A DNA stretch of 64,000 bases from an uncultured Chloroflexia bacterium (GTDB lineage Bacteria; Chloroflexota; Anaerolineae; Anaerolineales; UBA11858), in assembly GCA_963751575.1 (NCBI GenBank), contig CAVVUX010000002.1, positions 742,208-806,207 of the forward strand, given 5' to 3'. Position numbers and translations under genes: made by a program. Positions 40,653 through 50,503 of the stretch are shown one piece after another. Numbering within the stretch: position 1 is the first letter of the stretch; each line of letters begins with the position of its first letter. The notes beneath the pieces were generated by a model that was not told the origin of the DNA, searched no databases, and saw nothing but the letters and a program-made list of their open reading frames with translations.

Positions 40653-41788
40653 AATCTATAATAGAAAAAATCAATCAGATTGGGCAATCTATCTGGTATG
40701 ACAACATCGAGCGGAAACTTCTGAATGATGGTACCTTGGCTGGGATGGTTCAACGGGGTGAAATTAGAGGAATCACATCAAATCCGAGTATTTTTAATAA
40801 GGCAATCAGCAATTCAAAAGATTATGATCAGGAAATAAAATCTCTCCTCAGCGATGATTTGGATCGGGAAGAGATTTACGAACGCCTGGCAATCAAGGAT
40901 ATCCAGAATGCAGCGGATCTATTCCTGGACCTGTACCGGGAAACGGAAGGGGGAGATGGTTATGTGAGTCTTGAGGTGAGTCCTTATCTGGCCCATGATA
41001 CTGCTAATACAGTCAAGGAAGCGAAAAAGCTCTGGAACGCAGTAAACCGTCCCAATTTAATGGTTAAGATTCCAGCTACAAAAGAGGGGCTTCCTGCTCT
41101 AACGGAGGTAATTTCTGAAGGTATAAATGTGAATGTGACCCTGATATTTGGTCTGGACCGCTACCAGCAGGTCAGAGATGCGTACCTTATGGGACTTGAA
41201 AACCGCATTAAGGCCGGTAATGATATTTCTCAGATCGCGTCTGTAGCTTCATTTTTTATTTCCAGAATAGACACAAAAATGGATCAACGGCTTGAAGCCA
41301 TGCAGCTGACTAGTCCGGATGAACTTCAAGACAGAATTAAGAAATTATTTGGAAAAGCGGCTATCGCGTCGGGTAAACTGGCTTTTGTTGATTACAAGAA
41401 CACATTCGAGGTCGATCAAAGATACCAAGCATTAAAAGTAAAGGGCGCAAACAGACAGCGGGCATTATGGGCTTCAACCAGTACCAAAAATAAGGCATAC
41501 CCCGATACATATTATGTTGAGGAGTTGATCGGACCAGGGACTGTAAACACAGTGCCGCCCCAGACATTGCAGGCATTTTATGATCACGGAAGTGTTGAGG
41601 ACACAATTGAGAGGGATTACGTAGAATCATGCAAAATATTTGAGGATATAGCAGCCCTCGGTATAGATATCAATCAGGTTACAGAGGAATTGGAAAAAGA
41701 AGGTGTAAAATCATTTTCTGATGCCTATACTTCTTTACTGGATTCGTTGGAAACCAAAGTTCGCGAATTCAATTCAGCGATCGGGTAG
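40649..41788 (+). CDS. tal: Transaldolase
   Basis: GQSIWYDNI, GITSNPSIF, GYVSLEVSP, NLMVKIPAT, NVNVTLIF, SVASFFISR, LWASTSTK. Confidence 0.96.
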   Translation: MKSIIEKINQIGQSIWYDNIERKLLNDGTLAGMVQRGEIRGITSNPSIFNKAISNSKDYDQEIKSLLSDDLDREEIYERLAIKDIQNAADLFLDLYRETEGGDGYVSLEVSPYLAHDTANTVKEAKKLWNAVNRPNLMVKIPATKEGLPALTEVISEGINVNVTLIFGLDRYQQVRDAYLMGLENRIKAGNDISQIASVASFFISRIDTKMDQRLEAMQLTSPDELQDRIKKLFGKAAIASGKLAFVDYKNTFEVDQRYQALKVKGANRQRALWASTSTKNKAYPDTYYVEELIGPGTVNTVPPQTLQAFYDHGSVEDTIERDYVESCKIFEDIAALGIDINQVTEELEKEGVKSFSDAYTSLLDSLETKVREFNSAIG

Positions 41789-41829
41789 TATATCCAGCAG
41801 CAATTCTTTCGGAAAGGTTTAGAAATTGG

Positions 41830-42489
41830 ATGATTAACAAAACCGCTCCTGTTGGATTCCAGGAAGAATATTGGGAAGCGCTTGAAAAATTAGTCTCGGC
41901 TAATTCCCTGGACAGGGATAGCGCCCTGGATTACTTGCACGAGAACGGATTAATCTGGAGCTCCCCTTTGGCAGCCTACCTGCTGGCAACCAGGACCACC
42001 GATGAAGATCTTGAAGTGAGATTTCATGCGATCAGGATAATGGGGGCTTTGCTTGATTTCGAAAATTCTCAAGGACGCGCTTTGGAAGGGGTGGCATTGG
42101 AAAATGTGCACAGTTTCTTCAAACAATGCGGAAAAGATCAGATCCTCAGGTTATTAGAGGTCGGTGAACGATATCTGGCAGCAGAAAATGCGTTGTTAAA
42201 CATTTTTAAGATCTCTTCCTATGCGGGTGATTTATTGGGTGGAATTGTAAACGACCGGAAACTGCCAGCTTCGATCAGGCAGCAGGCAATCTATTTCGGT
42301 GGGGAAGCTGGTTTCCTGGAGCTGGTCCAGGTTTTCCAAAATTTGATTTTCAGGATTGATAAGAACCGAGAGAGAATGGGTCGAAATTTGACCGATAAAC
42401 TAATCAAAGAAGAGGATTTAATTTATTCTTCAGCAAATGTTGCGCTTGGAAAGTTAAATCCGGAGATAAAGCGAATAGGTAAAATATGA
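41830..42489 (+). CDS. Hypothetical alpha-helical (HEAT-like) protein
   Basis: 219-aa ORF co-oriented with neighbours; DEDLEVRFHAIRIMG and LPASIRQQAIYF resemble HEAT repeats. Confidence 0.6.
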   Translation: MINKTAPVGFQEEYWEALEKLVSANSLDRDSALDYLHENGLIWSSPLAAYLLATRTTDEDLEVRFHAIRIMGALLDFENSQGRALEGVALENVHSFFKQCGKDQILRLLEVGERYLAAENALLNIFKISSYAGDLLGGIVNDRKLPASIRQQAIYFGGEAGFLELVQVFQNLIFRIDKNRERMGRNLTDKLIKEEDLIYSSANVALGKLNPEIKRIGKI

Positions 42490-43112
42490 AAGCAAAAAGA
42501 ATACCTTCAGCCGGGCTGGTATTTTTATTATTCCTGGCAGTTGGTTTGATATGGGGTACGACAGACCTGGTTGAGGCTTCTGGATCTTTCCAGCAGCCAA
42601 CTGTTTCGATCGCTACAGTGACTGGAACCCCAAAAGGACCATTTGCAGTTGTCTATTCAGATCCTGAAGAGCAGATCAATGTTCGATCTGGGCCAGATGT
42701 TTTTTATCCCAAAGTAGGCGTCCTGATCAACCGTCAAGAAGTCCCTGCCCTGGCGAGAACTGAAGGAGGTACCTGGGTTCAAATTGTTTATCCTGGAGTA
42801 CCTGAAGGAGTTGCCTGGGTATATGCTCCCTACGTCAGGGTTACTGGCGAACTTCCAATTGTGCCGAAACCCCCGACTCCAACTCCGGAGACCACACCAA
42901 CCATCGATCCGACTCTGGCAGCCCAGTTTATTTCAGAGATACCTCCAACCCGGAAACCAACCTTCACTCCGCCACCACCGCTGATAATTCCTACATATGA
43001 ATCAGGGACTGTGAGCAGTGGTACGGCCGGTTTGCCGAGCGGTTTTATAATCCTGTCATTGGTATCGGTGGGTATATTTGGATTAATTGTCTCTTTCTTG
43101 AGGAGAATTTAA
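42486..43112 (+). CDS. Exported SH3b-domain protein with Pro/Thr linker and C-terminal TM anchor
   Basis: Signal peptide, QINVRSGP...GTWVQI...AWVYAPYV, PT-rich tract, C-terminal TM followed by RR. Confidence 0.8.
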   Translation: MKAKRIPSAGLVFLLFLAVGLIWGTTDLVEASGSFQQPTVSIATVTGTPKGPFAVVYSDPEEQINVRSGPDVFYPKVGVLINRQEVPALARTEGGTWVQIVYPGVPEGVAWVYAPYVRVTGELPIVPKPPTPTPETTPTIDPTLAAQFISEIPPTRKPTFTPPPPLIIPTYESGTVSSGTAGLPSGFIILSLVSVGIFGLIVSFLRRI

Positions 43113-43128
43113 GTTTAAATGTTAAATT

Positions 43129-43164
43129 AAAAGACCAGGCTGAATGAAAAGCCTGGTCTTTTTT
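43129..43164. terminator. Bidirectional intrinsic terminator
   Basis: AAAAGACCAGGCT-loop-AGCCTGGTCTTTTTT. Confidence 0.85.
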
Positions 43165-43178
43165 AGTTTAAATATTTT

Positions 43179-43532
43179 TTAGCCACAACCCGTGCTGGGA
43201 TCACATCCTGCACAGCCTGACATGGTATTCTGGGGAGCATTTTGTTCGATCTGGAATCCGCTGCGGCCATTTTCCTCAACAAATTTGATAGTAGCTCGCT
43301 GCAAATAAGCCAGGGTTTGGTCATCAACGATGACCTTTACGCCATGATTGGTGTAGACCTGGTCGCTGTCGCTGACCTTGTCATCCAATGACATGCCGTA
43401 TTGAGGACCGCCTCAACCAACACCTGCGATGAATATCCTCAGGGAGTGGCCAGACATCTCCTGTTCTTTCATTAAGGTTTTGATCGCGATGGCAGCTTCT
43501 GGAGTAAGGACGATGCTATCAGAATTTTCCAT
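43179..43532 (-). CDS. HesB/IscA-like selenoprotein (in-frame UGA at 43413-43415 read as Sec)
   Basis: Reading through TGA gives 117 aa: MENSDSIVLTPEAAIAIK...LRIFIAGVG-U-GGPQYGMSLDD...VKVIVD...IKFVE..SGFQI..SGCAGC. TGA sits at the conserved Cys position of A-type carriers. Confidence 0.85.
43379..43393 (-). promoter_or_regulatory. Candidate bacterial SECIS apical hairpin
   Basis: UGUCAU-UGG-AUGACA stem-loop beginning 19 nt after the UGA, G-containing loop, extendable by GGC/GUC pairing. Confidence 0.5.
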
Positions 43533-43544
43533 GTTTATCCTATT

Positions 43545-43562
43545 TTGTGAAAATAATAACAG
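43545..43562. promoter_or_regulatory. Candidate Rex operator upstream of the HesB-like selenoprotein
   Basis: TTGTGAAAATAATAACAG matches 11 of 14 consensus positions, 12 nt upstream of the ATG. Confidence 0.5.
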
Positions 43563-43678
43563 TTGGAATGCATTGTAGCAGGATTGGGTTTTCTGTCAAC
43601 TGTGTATTTCTAATGATAGGTATTTATTATTGAAATATTAATAAAGAAATCATATTTCCTTATCAAAAATCGATAAAT

Positions 43679-44632
43679 TCAAGCAGATTCCCACCATTTC
43701 AGGATCCGTAATGCCCTTAATGTATTCATCCTGCCAGGTTTCCCTGCAGGTTCGAGGACAAAATAGAGACGTCCACTCGGTCCCCTGTAGCTAGGCCAGG
43801 TGCCTTCTTTGTTTCGTTTACCCAGGAGCAGATCTATTGCATCACTGAACCTGGGATCATGAGCTGCCCGGGCTGCCTGAAAATAATCCAGGGCTCTGAC
43901 AGCGTCATAAAACCAGCGGGGAGGGAATGGAAAACGGGTCATGCGGGGATGGACAATTTCTCCTGTACGATGGGAGCGGAATAATTTATGCTGCAGGAGG
44001 AACTCATGGGCCCGAAGTCTTGCTTTTGTAATTGCCTGGTCAGTCCTGCTTGAATTCTCCTGGAAGCTGAGCAATCCTTCCAGGACTGAGATCGTGGTGT
44101 GGAATGAACTGTGGGTTGCTCCTTGATAGGATTCACAGTTCCAACCTCCATCGGCCATCTGCTGTTTAAGAAGATGTTTGGCCAGCTTCTTCATCCGCGG
44201 ATCAGAATTGATGAAATATGACATGAAATTCAGGCACATGCCGGTAACACAGGTTTCGCTGTAATCATAGCTGGCTGATATATTGATACCATCATCAGGC
44301 TCGTAAAATGTCCGATCAAGGTAGACTAGACTGCCTTTGATGGCCTGCGGGTTATTCGGTGGTAACCCTAGTCTTGTCAGGGAGAGCAAAGTGTAATGGG
44401 TGGATATCCACTTGGGGGAATAATATCCGTTTCCCCAGGTTCCACTGGGATCCTGCCTGGAAAGCAGGTCTTTACCCCAACCTTCTTTCGCGATCTGGTC
44501 CCTGGTCCTACGATAGGATTCTGGAGTATGTCCCAGAAGGTCGCGCTCAACCTGCCAGCGAACACAGGGATCACCTTGCAGCAGCCAGCTGATGATCTCA
44601 GCCATTTTTTTGTTAGCCATAATGATCACCAT
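43679..44632 (-). CDS. Prenyltransferase/squalene-cyclase repeat-like protein
   Basis: WLLQGDPCVRWQV, RQDPSGTWG..YSPKWISTHYTL, QQMADGGWNC, SSFHTTISVLEG, FPPRWFYD. Confidence 0.75.
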   Translation of the reverse strand: MVIIMANKKMAEIISWLLQGDPCVRWQVERDLLGHTPESYRRTRDQIAKEGWGKDLLSRQDPSGTWGNGYYSPKWISTHYTLLSLTRLGLPPNNPQAIKGSLVYLDRTFYEPDDGINISASYDYSETCVTGMCLNFMSYFINSDPRMKKLAKHLLKQQMADGGWNCESYQGATHSSFHTTISVLEGLLSFQENSSRTDQAITKARLRAHEFLLQHKLFRSHRTGEIVHPRMTRFPFPPRWFYDAVRALDYFQAARAAHDPRFSDAIDLLLGKRNKEGTWPSYRGPSGRLYFVLEPAGKPGRMNTLRALRILKWWESA

Positions 44633-44746
44633 CCACCCCCAAAATAAGAATCCTATATGAATTGTAATCTAAGGTATAAGCAGAAAACACGAATGTTATA
44701 ATCGGTCAATCTATTTATAACTATCCAATTTGCCGGAGTAAATATT

Positions 44747-45595
44747 TTGAAAAGAGTCCTTTTATCAGTCTTAGCTCATCCCGATGATGAATCATTTGGT
44801 ATGGGCGGCACCTTGGCGAAGTATGCTGATCAGGGGGTGGATGTTCATTTAATCTGCGCTACCAGGGGCGAGGCTGGAGAAGTTGACCCAGAATACCTGG
44901 TTGGATTTTCTTCGATCGGCGAGCTCCGCGAACAGGAACTTAATTGCGCTGTTGCTCAGCTTGGAATCAATCAAGTATATCTTCTCCCGTATCGCGATTC
45001 AGGGATGGCTGGAAGTGAAGATAATAAGCATCCGCAAGCGCTGATCAATGCAGACGCGGATCAGGTGGCTGGTGAGATTGCAGAGTATATCAGGAAAATT
45101 AAACCCGAGGTCGTATTAACATTTGACCCGATCGGCGGATACCGGCATCCTGATCACATCTTTATTCATCAGGCAGCTACAGAGGCCTTTAGGATGGCGG
45201 GCGATCCAGGATTCAAAAGTGCAACGCCGATATATCAACCGAAACGTTTGTTTTATCACACGATACCTAAATACTTTATCCGTTTCAATGTCGGGCTGCT
45301 CAAGCTGCTCGGGAAAGATCCCTCAAAATATGGCAGAAACAAAGATATCGATCTGACCCAAATGGCAGTCGAATTTCCTATTCACGCCAGGATCAATTAC
45401 AACAAGCAAAAAAACCAAAAATCCGCTGCTTCCAGCTGTCATGCCAGTCAGGGGGGAGCTGGATTAACCAGGGGATTTATGAAGGTTATTGCCTGGTTAA
45501 TTGGCGCCAGGGCTGATGATCAATTCATGCAAGCTTATCCAACACCAGAAGGCAACCTGGTGCTTGATGACTTGTATGCTGGAATCACTGAATAA
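44747..45595 (+). CDS. PIG-L/MshB family N-acetylglucosaminyl deacetylase
   Basis: AHPDDESFG, CATRGEAGE, RDSGMAG, GGYRHPDH, CHASQ. Confidence 0.92.
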   Translation: MKRVLLSVLAHPDDESFGMGGTLAKYADQGVDVHLICATRGEAGEVDPEYLVGFSSIGELREQELNCAVAQLGINQVYLLPYRDSGMAGSEDNKHPQALINADADQVAGEIAEYIRKIKPEVVLTFDPIGGYRHPDHIFIHQAATEAFRMAGDPGFKSATPIYQPKRLFYHTIPKYFIRFNVGLLKLLGKDPSKYGRNKDIDLTQMAVEFPIHARINYNKQKNQKSAASSCHASQGGAGLTRGFMKVIAWLIGARADDQFMQAYPTPEGNLVLDDLYAGITE

Positions 45596-45621
45596 AAAGT
45601 ATAAAAGATTTGACTTTACAT

Positions 45622-45660
45622 AAAAAAAATGCCCACCGAGAATGAGGTGGGCATTTTTTT
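45622..45660. terminator. Bidirectional intrinsic terminator
   Basis: AAAAAAATGCCCACC-loop-GGTGGGCATTTTTTT. Confidence 0.88.
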
Positions 45661-45684
45661 ATTAATATATCAGACGTGCTAATC

Positions 45685-46821
45685 TTATGGAAGGTAGGTA
45701 ATTGTGAGCAGCGGATCGGGCCAGATCATCAAGCAGTTAAACATAGCGCCCAGATGATCTCCTTCGAGTTCCATCCGGAACTGGAAGTGACCAGCGCCGT
45801 TGGAGGACACAAAATTCTGCAGGGCTGATGTAATTGTGATCGGCCCTGAGATCCCCAGTCCGGAAGGAGCTGAAAAAAGTGAGGCTGATGGGGCTATAGT
45901 AAATTCTTCAGGGTAGTTTGGTGTTGTACCATAATTAATGACGCCGGCCTTGAGTGGGCCCAGGTCATCAAAACAGGTAACTCCTGAATAATTGGTCATG
46001 TTCAGGCTCGCTGATTGAATTGTGGAGCTGGTGGAAAGGCCGGCCAAACTGTCCAGGTTATAATCCAGGAACGCTCTCAGGGCATCCCCATTTGGTGCGA
46101 TACCCAGTTTAGCGAAATTATCCATTCCACCCTGGCTCATTGATTTGCTGCGGCTGGACCGCTGAAGAGTTACCGTTTGCGGGCTGGGTGCTGGTTCAAC
46201 TTTAATCTCAACCCAGAAAAAATCACTGGAGCTATTCTCAATTTCGAAAATAATATCTGATGGGTCCCTGAGCTGCCAGTTTCCGCGATAGGTACCTGCT
46301 AGACCAGGCGCAGTTAAGACCACAGAGACATCAACGCTCTGCCCGGGATTAACAGTGCCGGTTGTGAGTTGAACCGAGCTGGGCGCATTCATCGCATCTC
46401 CACCAGAAAACACAATATCATACCCTGAAGTCCAGGCACACGATCCCGCGTTCCTTAATCGCCATGTTTTCGTAAATACATCGCCAGGTTCGAATTTAGT
46501 TCCGTCCGGTATGGTGATATCTGTTACAAAACGCCCCAGATTACATGGAATAGGTGTCTGGGATGGTGTCGCTGTCTCCACTTGAGGCGAAGAGGTGGGC
46601 GTATCACCAGGGCCTGGGTCTGGAGTTTCGGAAGCAGGTGCTGGATCAATCAGTCCTGGGTCGGTTGAAGCAGGGGTACCAGCAGCGACTGTTTCCGCAA
46701 CTGACCTGTCAATAATTGCAGTCTGTTCGGCTGCTGATAGCGATCGACCAGGCATGTTGCAGGCGCTGAGGAATAAAATCAGGAATGTGATCAGGACAGC
46801 TACAGGGATATTTCTTTTCAT
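45685..46821 (-). CDS. Lipoprotein with NBR1-Ig-like (FW) domain
   Basis: Lipobox LSAC, PT-rich linker, FVTDITIPDGT..PGDVFTKTWRLRNAGSCAW..PGQSVDVSVVLTAP..GTYRGNWQL; start at ATG 46821 (GGGAG RBS). Confidence 0.85.
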   Translation of the reverse strand: MKRNIPVAVLITFLILFLSACNMPGRSLSAAEQTAIIDRSVAETVAAGTPASTDPGLIDPAPASETPDPGPGDTPTSSPQVETATPSQTPIPCNLGRFVTDITIPDGTKFEPGDVFTKTWRLRNAGSCAWTSGYDIVFSGGDAMNAPSSVQLTTGTVNPGQSVDVSVVLTAPGLAGTYRGNWQLRDPSDIIFEIENSSSDFFWVEIKVEPAPSPQTVTLQRSSRSKSMSQGGMDNFAKLGIAPNGDALRAFLDYNLDSLAGLSTSSTIQSASLNMTNYSGVTCFDDLGPLKAGVINYGTTPNYPEEFTIAPSASLFSAPSGLGISGPITITSALQNFVSSNGAGHFQFRMELEGDHLGAMFNCLMIWPDPLLTITYLP

Positions 46822-46935
46822 TGGCAGTCTCCCAATACTCAACAATACGATCTGACAACTAATTCTATACCCGATTGGTCTCGCGTGCAACTGGAGGGTA
46901 GGCTGATATTCAGTGCTGACCTGCAGGAGCGGAAA

Positions 46936-47592
46936 TCAATCCGCTTTTTCAGGCACCAGGTAGATGCCAGGTATGCTGATCAAGGTGGATATGCCCTTAA
47001 TGATCATATTGCTGAGAAAAATTGAGATCACTACCCCGGAAGGAAAAACTCCCCAAAAAGCTATCATACTAAAGAGAAAACTATCCACTGGGATGCTGAT
47101 AGCATTGCTGACCAAGACCCTGGCCCAGTGATATTTTGTGGTCACCTTTTCAACCCAGATCCGATAACTTTCTGTATCGATTAACTCAGATATCACCTCT
47201 GCGATGATAGATGCAGTTACAATGCGCCAGATGGGTGATAAGACAGCGCCAAATTCTGATTGGGGACCAACCCCGGTATCTGGCGGCAGGATTGAAACTA
47301 CCTTGAAAAATAGTGCCATAAACAGGTTAATACCGGCAGCAGCGAGGATCAGCACCCGGGTTGTTTTAATTCCGGCAACTTTGTGTACCAGATCCCTTAA
47401 TGTGAATGTCAGGGGATAAATGAAGGTTCCGGCGTCAATGGAAAAACCTGCGACAAGCACAATTCGCAAACTGGCGATATCAGCCATCATCTGGGCAGCA
47501 ACATAAAAAACCGAAACAAGTACTATCGTGGTTAGATGATCGGTTTTCTTTTGATGGTCTGTCAACTTTGAAAACTCCCGAGCTTGCGGCAA
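46936..47592 (-). CDS. VUT family (YhhQ-like, queuosine-precursor) transporter
   Basis: GTFIYPLTFTLRDLV, RIVTASIIAEVISELID, RVLVSNAISIPVDSFLFSMIAF; start codon uncertain. Confidence 0.85.
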   Translation of the reverse strand: MPQAREFSKLTDHQKKTDHLTTIVLVSVFYVAAQMMADIASLRIVLVAGFSIDAGTFIYPLTFTLRDLVHKVAGIKTTRVLILAAAGINLFMALFFKVVSILPPDTGVGPQSEFGAVLSPIWRIVTASIIAEVISELIDTESYRIWVEKVTTKYHWARVLVSNAISIPVDSFLFSMIAFWGVFPSGVVISIFLSNMIIKGISTLISIPGIYLVPEKAD

Positions 47593-47640
47593 AGATTTTT
47601 TATCTGTATTGGCCCTCAGATCCCATGCGTTCCTGGGTAA

Positions 47641-49197
47641 TTATTTGTCAGAAAGTGCATCATTTACTTTCTCCGCCAAATGTCCATTAAGGATAATCTC
47701 ACGGACGCGGTCGATTTCCGGTCCCCAAAGCGCATCGCCTGGCTGATACGCGACAGCAGTTCTAATCACCCGGTAGGCTGCGTCTGTACCTTTTCCAAGG
47801 GCAGCTCCTGGATTCACTTTCCTGTGAAGGTCAACTGCTCTGGCAGCTGTATAGAGTTCAATGGCAAGAACATGCCAGGAATTCTCAAGGATTTGCCTGG
47901 TATGCCTGGCTGCTGTCATTGAATTAGCGTTGTGATCTTCCTGGGCAGCTGATGTTGGCAACGAAAAGATCGAATCAGGAGAGGCCAGGGATTTATTTTC
48001 CAGGACAAGTGAAGCTGCAGTATACTGGGGCATCATCATACCCGAGTTGAGTCCGGCGGCTTCGTGTGAATCGACCAGCATGGTGGGCAGGGTTTCATTC
48101 AACTTCCCGTCCGTCAGCCTGTAAATACGCCGTTCTGAAATACCGGCAATTTCAGCCAGAGCGATGCTCAGGAAATCCATCACCATTCCGACCGGTTCGC
48201 CATGGAAATTTCCGCCTGAGATTGCTTCACCCTCTCCAAAAAGAAGGGGATTATCTGTAGCAGCATTTATTTCCCTGGAGATGACTTGTTCAGAAAATTG
48301 CAATGTTTCCCAGGCAGGCCCCTGGACCTGGGGACCACATCTGAGGGAATAAGCATCCTGGACCCGGTTAGTGGAATCAACCAGGCTGCTGCCTTCGATC
48401 AGCTGAAGGATTCTTTTCGCAACCGCAATTTGACCGGGATGCTGCCGTGTTTGGTGGATTCGATCATCAAAAGCACTTGAAATTCCCCGTAAGCACTCCA
48501 AACTAAGTGCCAACGCTATGTTGGCTGTATCTAGCAGGATATTTGCTTCGAAACAGCAGAGTGCTGCGATTGCCGCTGAAAAAGTCGCTCCATTATTAAG
48601 GGCAATGCCTTCTTTGGCATCCAGTATTATCCTGGGAATGTCTGCCTGTTCCATGGCTGATTTGCCAGTGATAATATCTCCTCTGAATTCTGCGAAACCA
48701 GATTCTTCAGCGAGATCTTTTTCGTCAGTCGATAATACCAGGGCGAGATGTGACAGAGGTGCCAGATCGCCAGAGGACCCGAGTGATCCCTGGGATGGTA
48801 TCACTGGATGGAGCCCTTTATTCAACATTTCCAATAACGTTTCGATCAGCTGTAATCGAACACCAGAGAAACCTTTTGCCAGGGTATTTGCCCGGATCAG
48901 GATTGCTGCCCTGACCACATCAGTTGGCAATGGTGCTCCTGTTCCCACAGCATGACTGAGGATCAGGTTCCTGTTCAGGTGCCTGATTTCAGCAACGGAT
49001 ATTTGTCGATCAGCAAATGTGCCGAATCCTGTGTTAATGCCGTAGAAAGGCTTGCCCTGGTCGATGATTTTTTCGACCCAGCCGCGGGATTCGTTGATAT
49101 TAAGCACAGCTCCTGGAGCCAGCGAGACAGGAACGTTTTTATTTGCCACCTGGTAGATCTCTTCTAGAGTTAGCGAGTTTCCATCAATTTGGATCAT
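47641..49197 (-). CDS. hutH: Histidine ammonia-lyase-like MIO-family enzyme
   Basis: YGINTGFG, LILSHAVG (HAL-type SH), GSLGSSGDLAPL, QDAYSLRC, SGGNFHGEP, QEDH. Confidence 0.82.
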   Translation of the reverse strand: MIQIDGNSLTLEEIYQVANKNVPVSLAPGAVLNINESRGWVEKIIDQGKPFYGINTGFGTFADRQISVAEIRHLNRNLILSHAVGTGAPLPTDVVRAAILIRANTLAKGFSGVRLQLIETLLEMLNKGLHPVIPSQGSLGSSGDLAPLSHLALVLSTDEKDLAEESGFAEFRGDIITGKSAMEQADIPRIILDAKEGIALNNGATFSAAIAALCCFEANILLDTANIALALSLECLRGISSAFDDRIHQTRQHPGQIAVAKRILQLIEGSSLVDSTNRVQDAYSLRCGPQVQGPAWETLQFSEQVISREINAATDNPLLFGEGEAISGGNFHGEPVGMVMDFLSIALAEIAGISERRIYRLTDGKLNETLPTMLVDSHEAAGLNSGMMMPQYTAASLVLENKSLASPDSIFSLPTSAAQEDHNANSMTAARHTRQILENSWHVLAIELYTAARAVDLHRKVNPGAALGKGTDAAYRVIRTAVAYQPGDALWGPEIDRVREIILNGHLAEKVNDALSDK

Positions 49198-49230
49198 AAT
49201 TCATCAACCCTGTTCTGAGGCCCTTGTTTT

Positions 49231-50019
49231 TCACCAAGGGAGGATGATTTCACTGCACGGTGTGGAATCTTTATCAATGTATTTATACATCGTAACGCCT
49301 GAAAAGGGTTCTCCCAGAATATTGTCATGAACGGCCCAGGAACGCAATCGCAGATGGGTCGCGGCTTTTGGCTGTCGAAATGGAGTGCTTCCATCCAGGT
49401 ATTGGATCAGATCACCATCTTGATCGAAACCAGAATTTATCCTTGCCATATATTTCTTGCCTGACTGATAATGAAAATTGTAATTTTCGAAGATCAAGGC
49501 AACGTGATAATAGAGGGGTTCAACGAAAAAAAGCTCCTGACCCATGCAGGCCACAAAACTTTCGAATTGCTGTAATGATTGTTGGAATAAATGGGGACCC
49601 CTGTAGATTTGGCCTGGTGCAAGCCCAGCATTTAATGCCAGTTCCTCGGCCGCCAGGTTTCGCTGGTTGTATCCAAAATTGGTTTTAGTTCCATCGGGAA
49701 GTTGATCGACATCAAACCGGGTCGTTTTAGTATCATTCATCCCATAAAGAAGAATATGAATTTGACCATGGATTGTATCAGTCAAGTGCCCGAAGATGAC
49801 TGGATCCCTGGCGTCTGGAGATTCGAATAGAGCAAGTTCCACATCCGTTGCTCCTGGCTGACATTTTAAATGAAATAAATCATTGCCTGCTGGATCCTGC
49901 AGATCGGACTGGATACCAAACATTTCCAGTAGTTCTGGAGGAATGATTTTGGCGTAAGTCTCCCTTTTTACCTGATCTGGAAGCTGATTTAAACCCGAGA
50001 TTGTAGAAGGAAAGCTCAT
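49231..50019 (-). CDS. Conserved hypothetical protein (resembles, from memory, the C-terminal domain of long AcuC/HDAC proteins; possibly GNAT-like)
   Basis: 262-aa ORF with RFDVD, RNLAAE..AGLAPGQ, FVEPLYYHVA..FENYNF, LDGSTPFR, RSWAVHDNIL motifs; family link not verified. Confidence 0.6.
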   Translation of the reverse strand: MSFPSTISGLNQLPDQVKRETYAKIIPPELLEMFGIQSDLQDPAGNDLFHLKCQPGATDVELALFESPDARDPVIFGHLTDTIHGQIHILLYGMNDTKTTRFDVDQLPDGTKTNFGYNQRNLAAEELALNAGLAPGQIYRGPHLFQQSLQQFESFVACMGQELFFVEPLYYHVALIFENYNFHYQSGKKYMARINSGFDQDGDLIQYLDGSTPFRQPKAATHLRLRSWAVHDNILGEPFSGVTMYKYIDKDSTPCSEIILPW

Positions 50020-50047
50020 TCTTGTTCCAGTCTGGTTTATAAATGGG

Positions 50048-50503
50048 TTAAAGCCCTATATTTCTTAGATCTCTTTGGGTTTGGCGCTCCGATTCTCGTT
50101 CTGCGATCTCTTTTCGCTTATCGCGGAGTTTTTTACCCTTGGCAACTGCTATTTCAATTTTAGCCCTGCCATGCGAAAGGTAAACCCGCAGGGGTACAAT
50201 CGTATTTCCCTTGATCCGGACCCGATCCCAGAGCTCCAGGATCTCATTTTTATGGAGCAGGAGTTTTCTGCGTCGATTCGGACTGTGATTATTGATACTG
50301 GCTTGTTCGTAGGGGTGAATGTGGGAGTCGATCAGCCACGCTTCCTCACCGTCAACATGAATATATGCTTGATCGATACTGATCTGGTGATTCCGGATCG
50401 ATTTTATTTCAGAACCTTGTAGAACAATACCAGCCTCAAATGTGTCCAGGATTTCAAAGTTAAAATATGCTTTTTTGTTCTTGGAAATTGTCTTGCCGCT
50501 CAT
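50048..50503 (-). CDS. smpB: SsrA-binding protein
   Basis: NKKAYFNF, EAGIVLQGSEIKSIR, RRRKLLLHKNEI, TIVPL, KGKKLRDKR. Confidence 0.97.
   Translation of the reverse strand: MSGKTISKNKKAYFNFEILDTFEAGIVLQGSEIKSIRNHQISIDQAYIHVDGEEAWLIDSHIHPYEQASINNHSPNRRRKLLLHKNEILELWDRVRIKGNTIVPLRVYLSHGRAKIEIAVAKGKKLRDKRKEIAERESERQTQRDLRNIGL

Noticed and set aside
47593..47640. preQ1 riboswitch before the VUT transporter
   Set aside because: The gap is short and I saw no preQ1 stem plus A-rich tail consensus.
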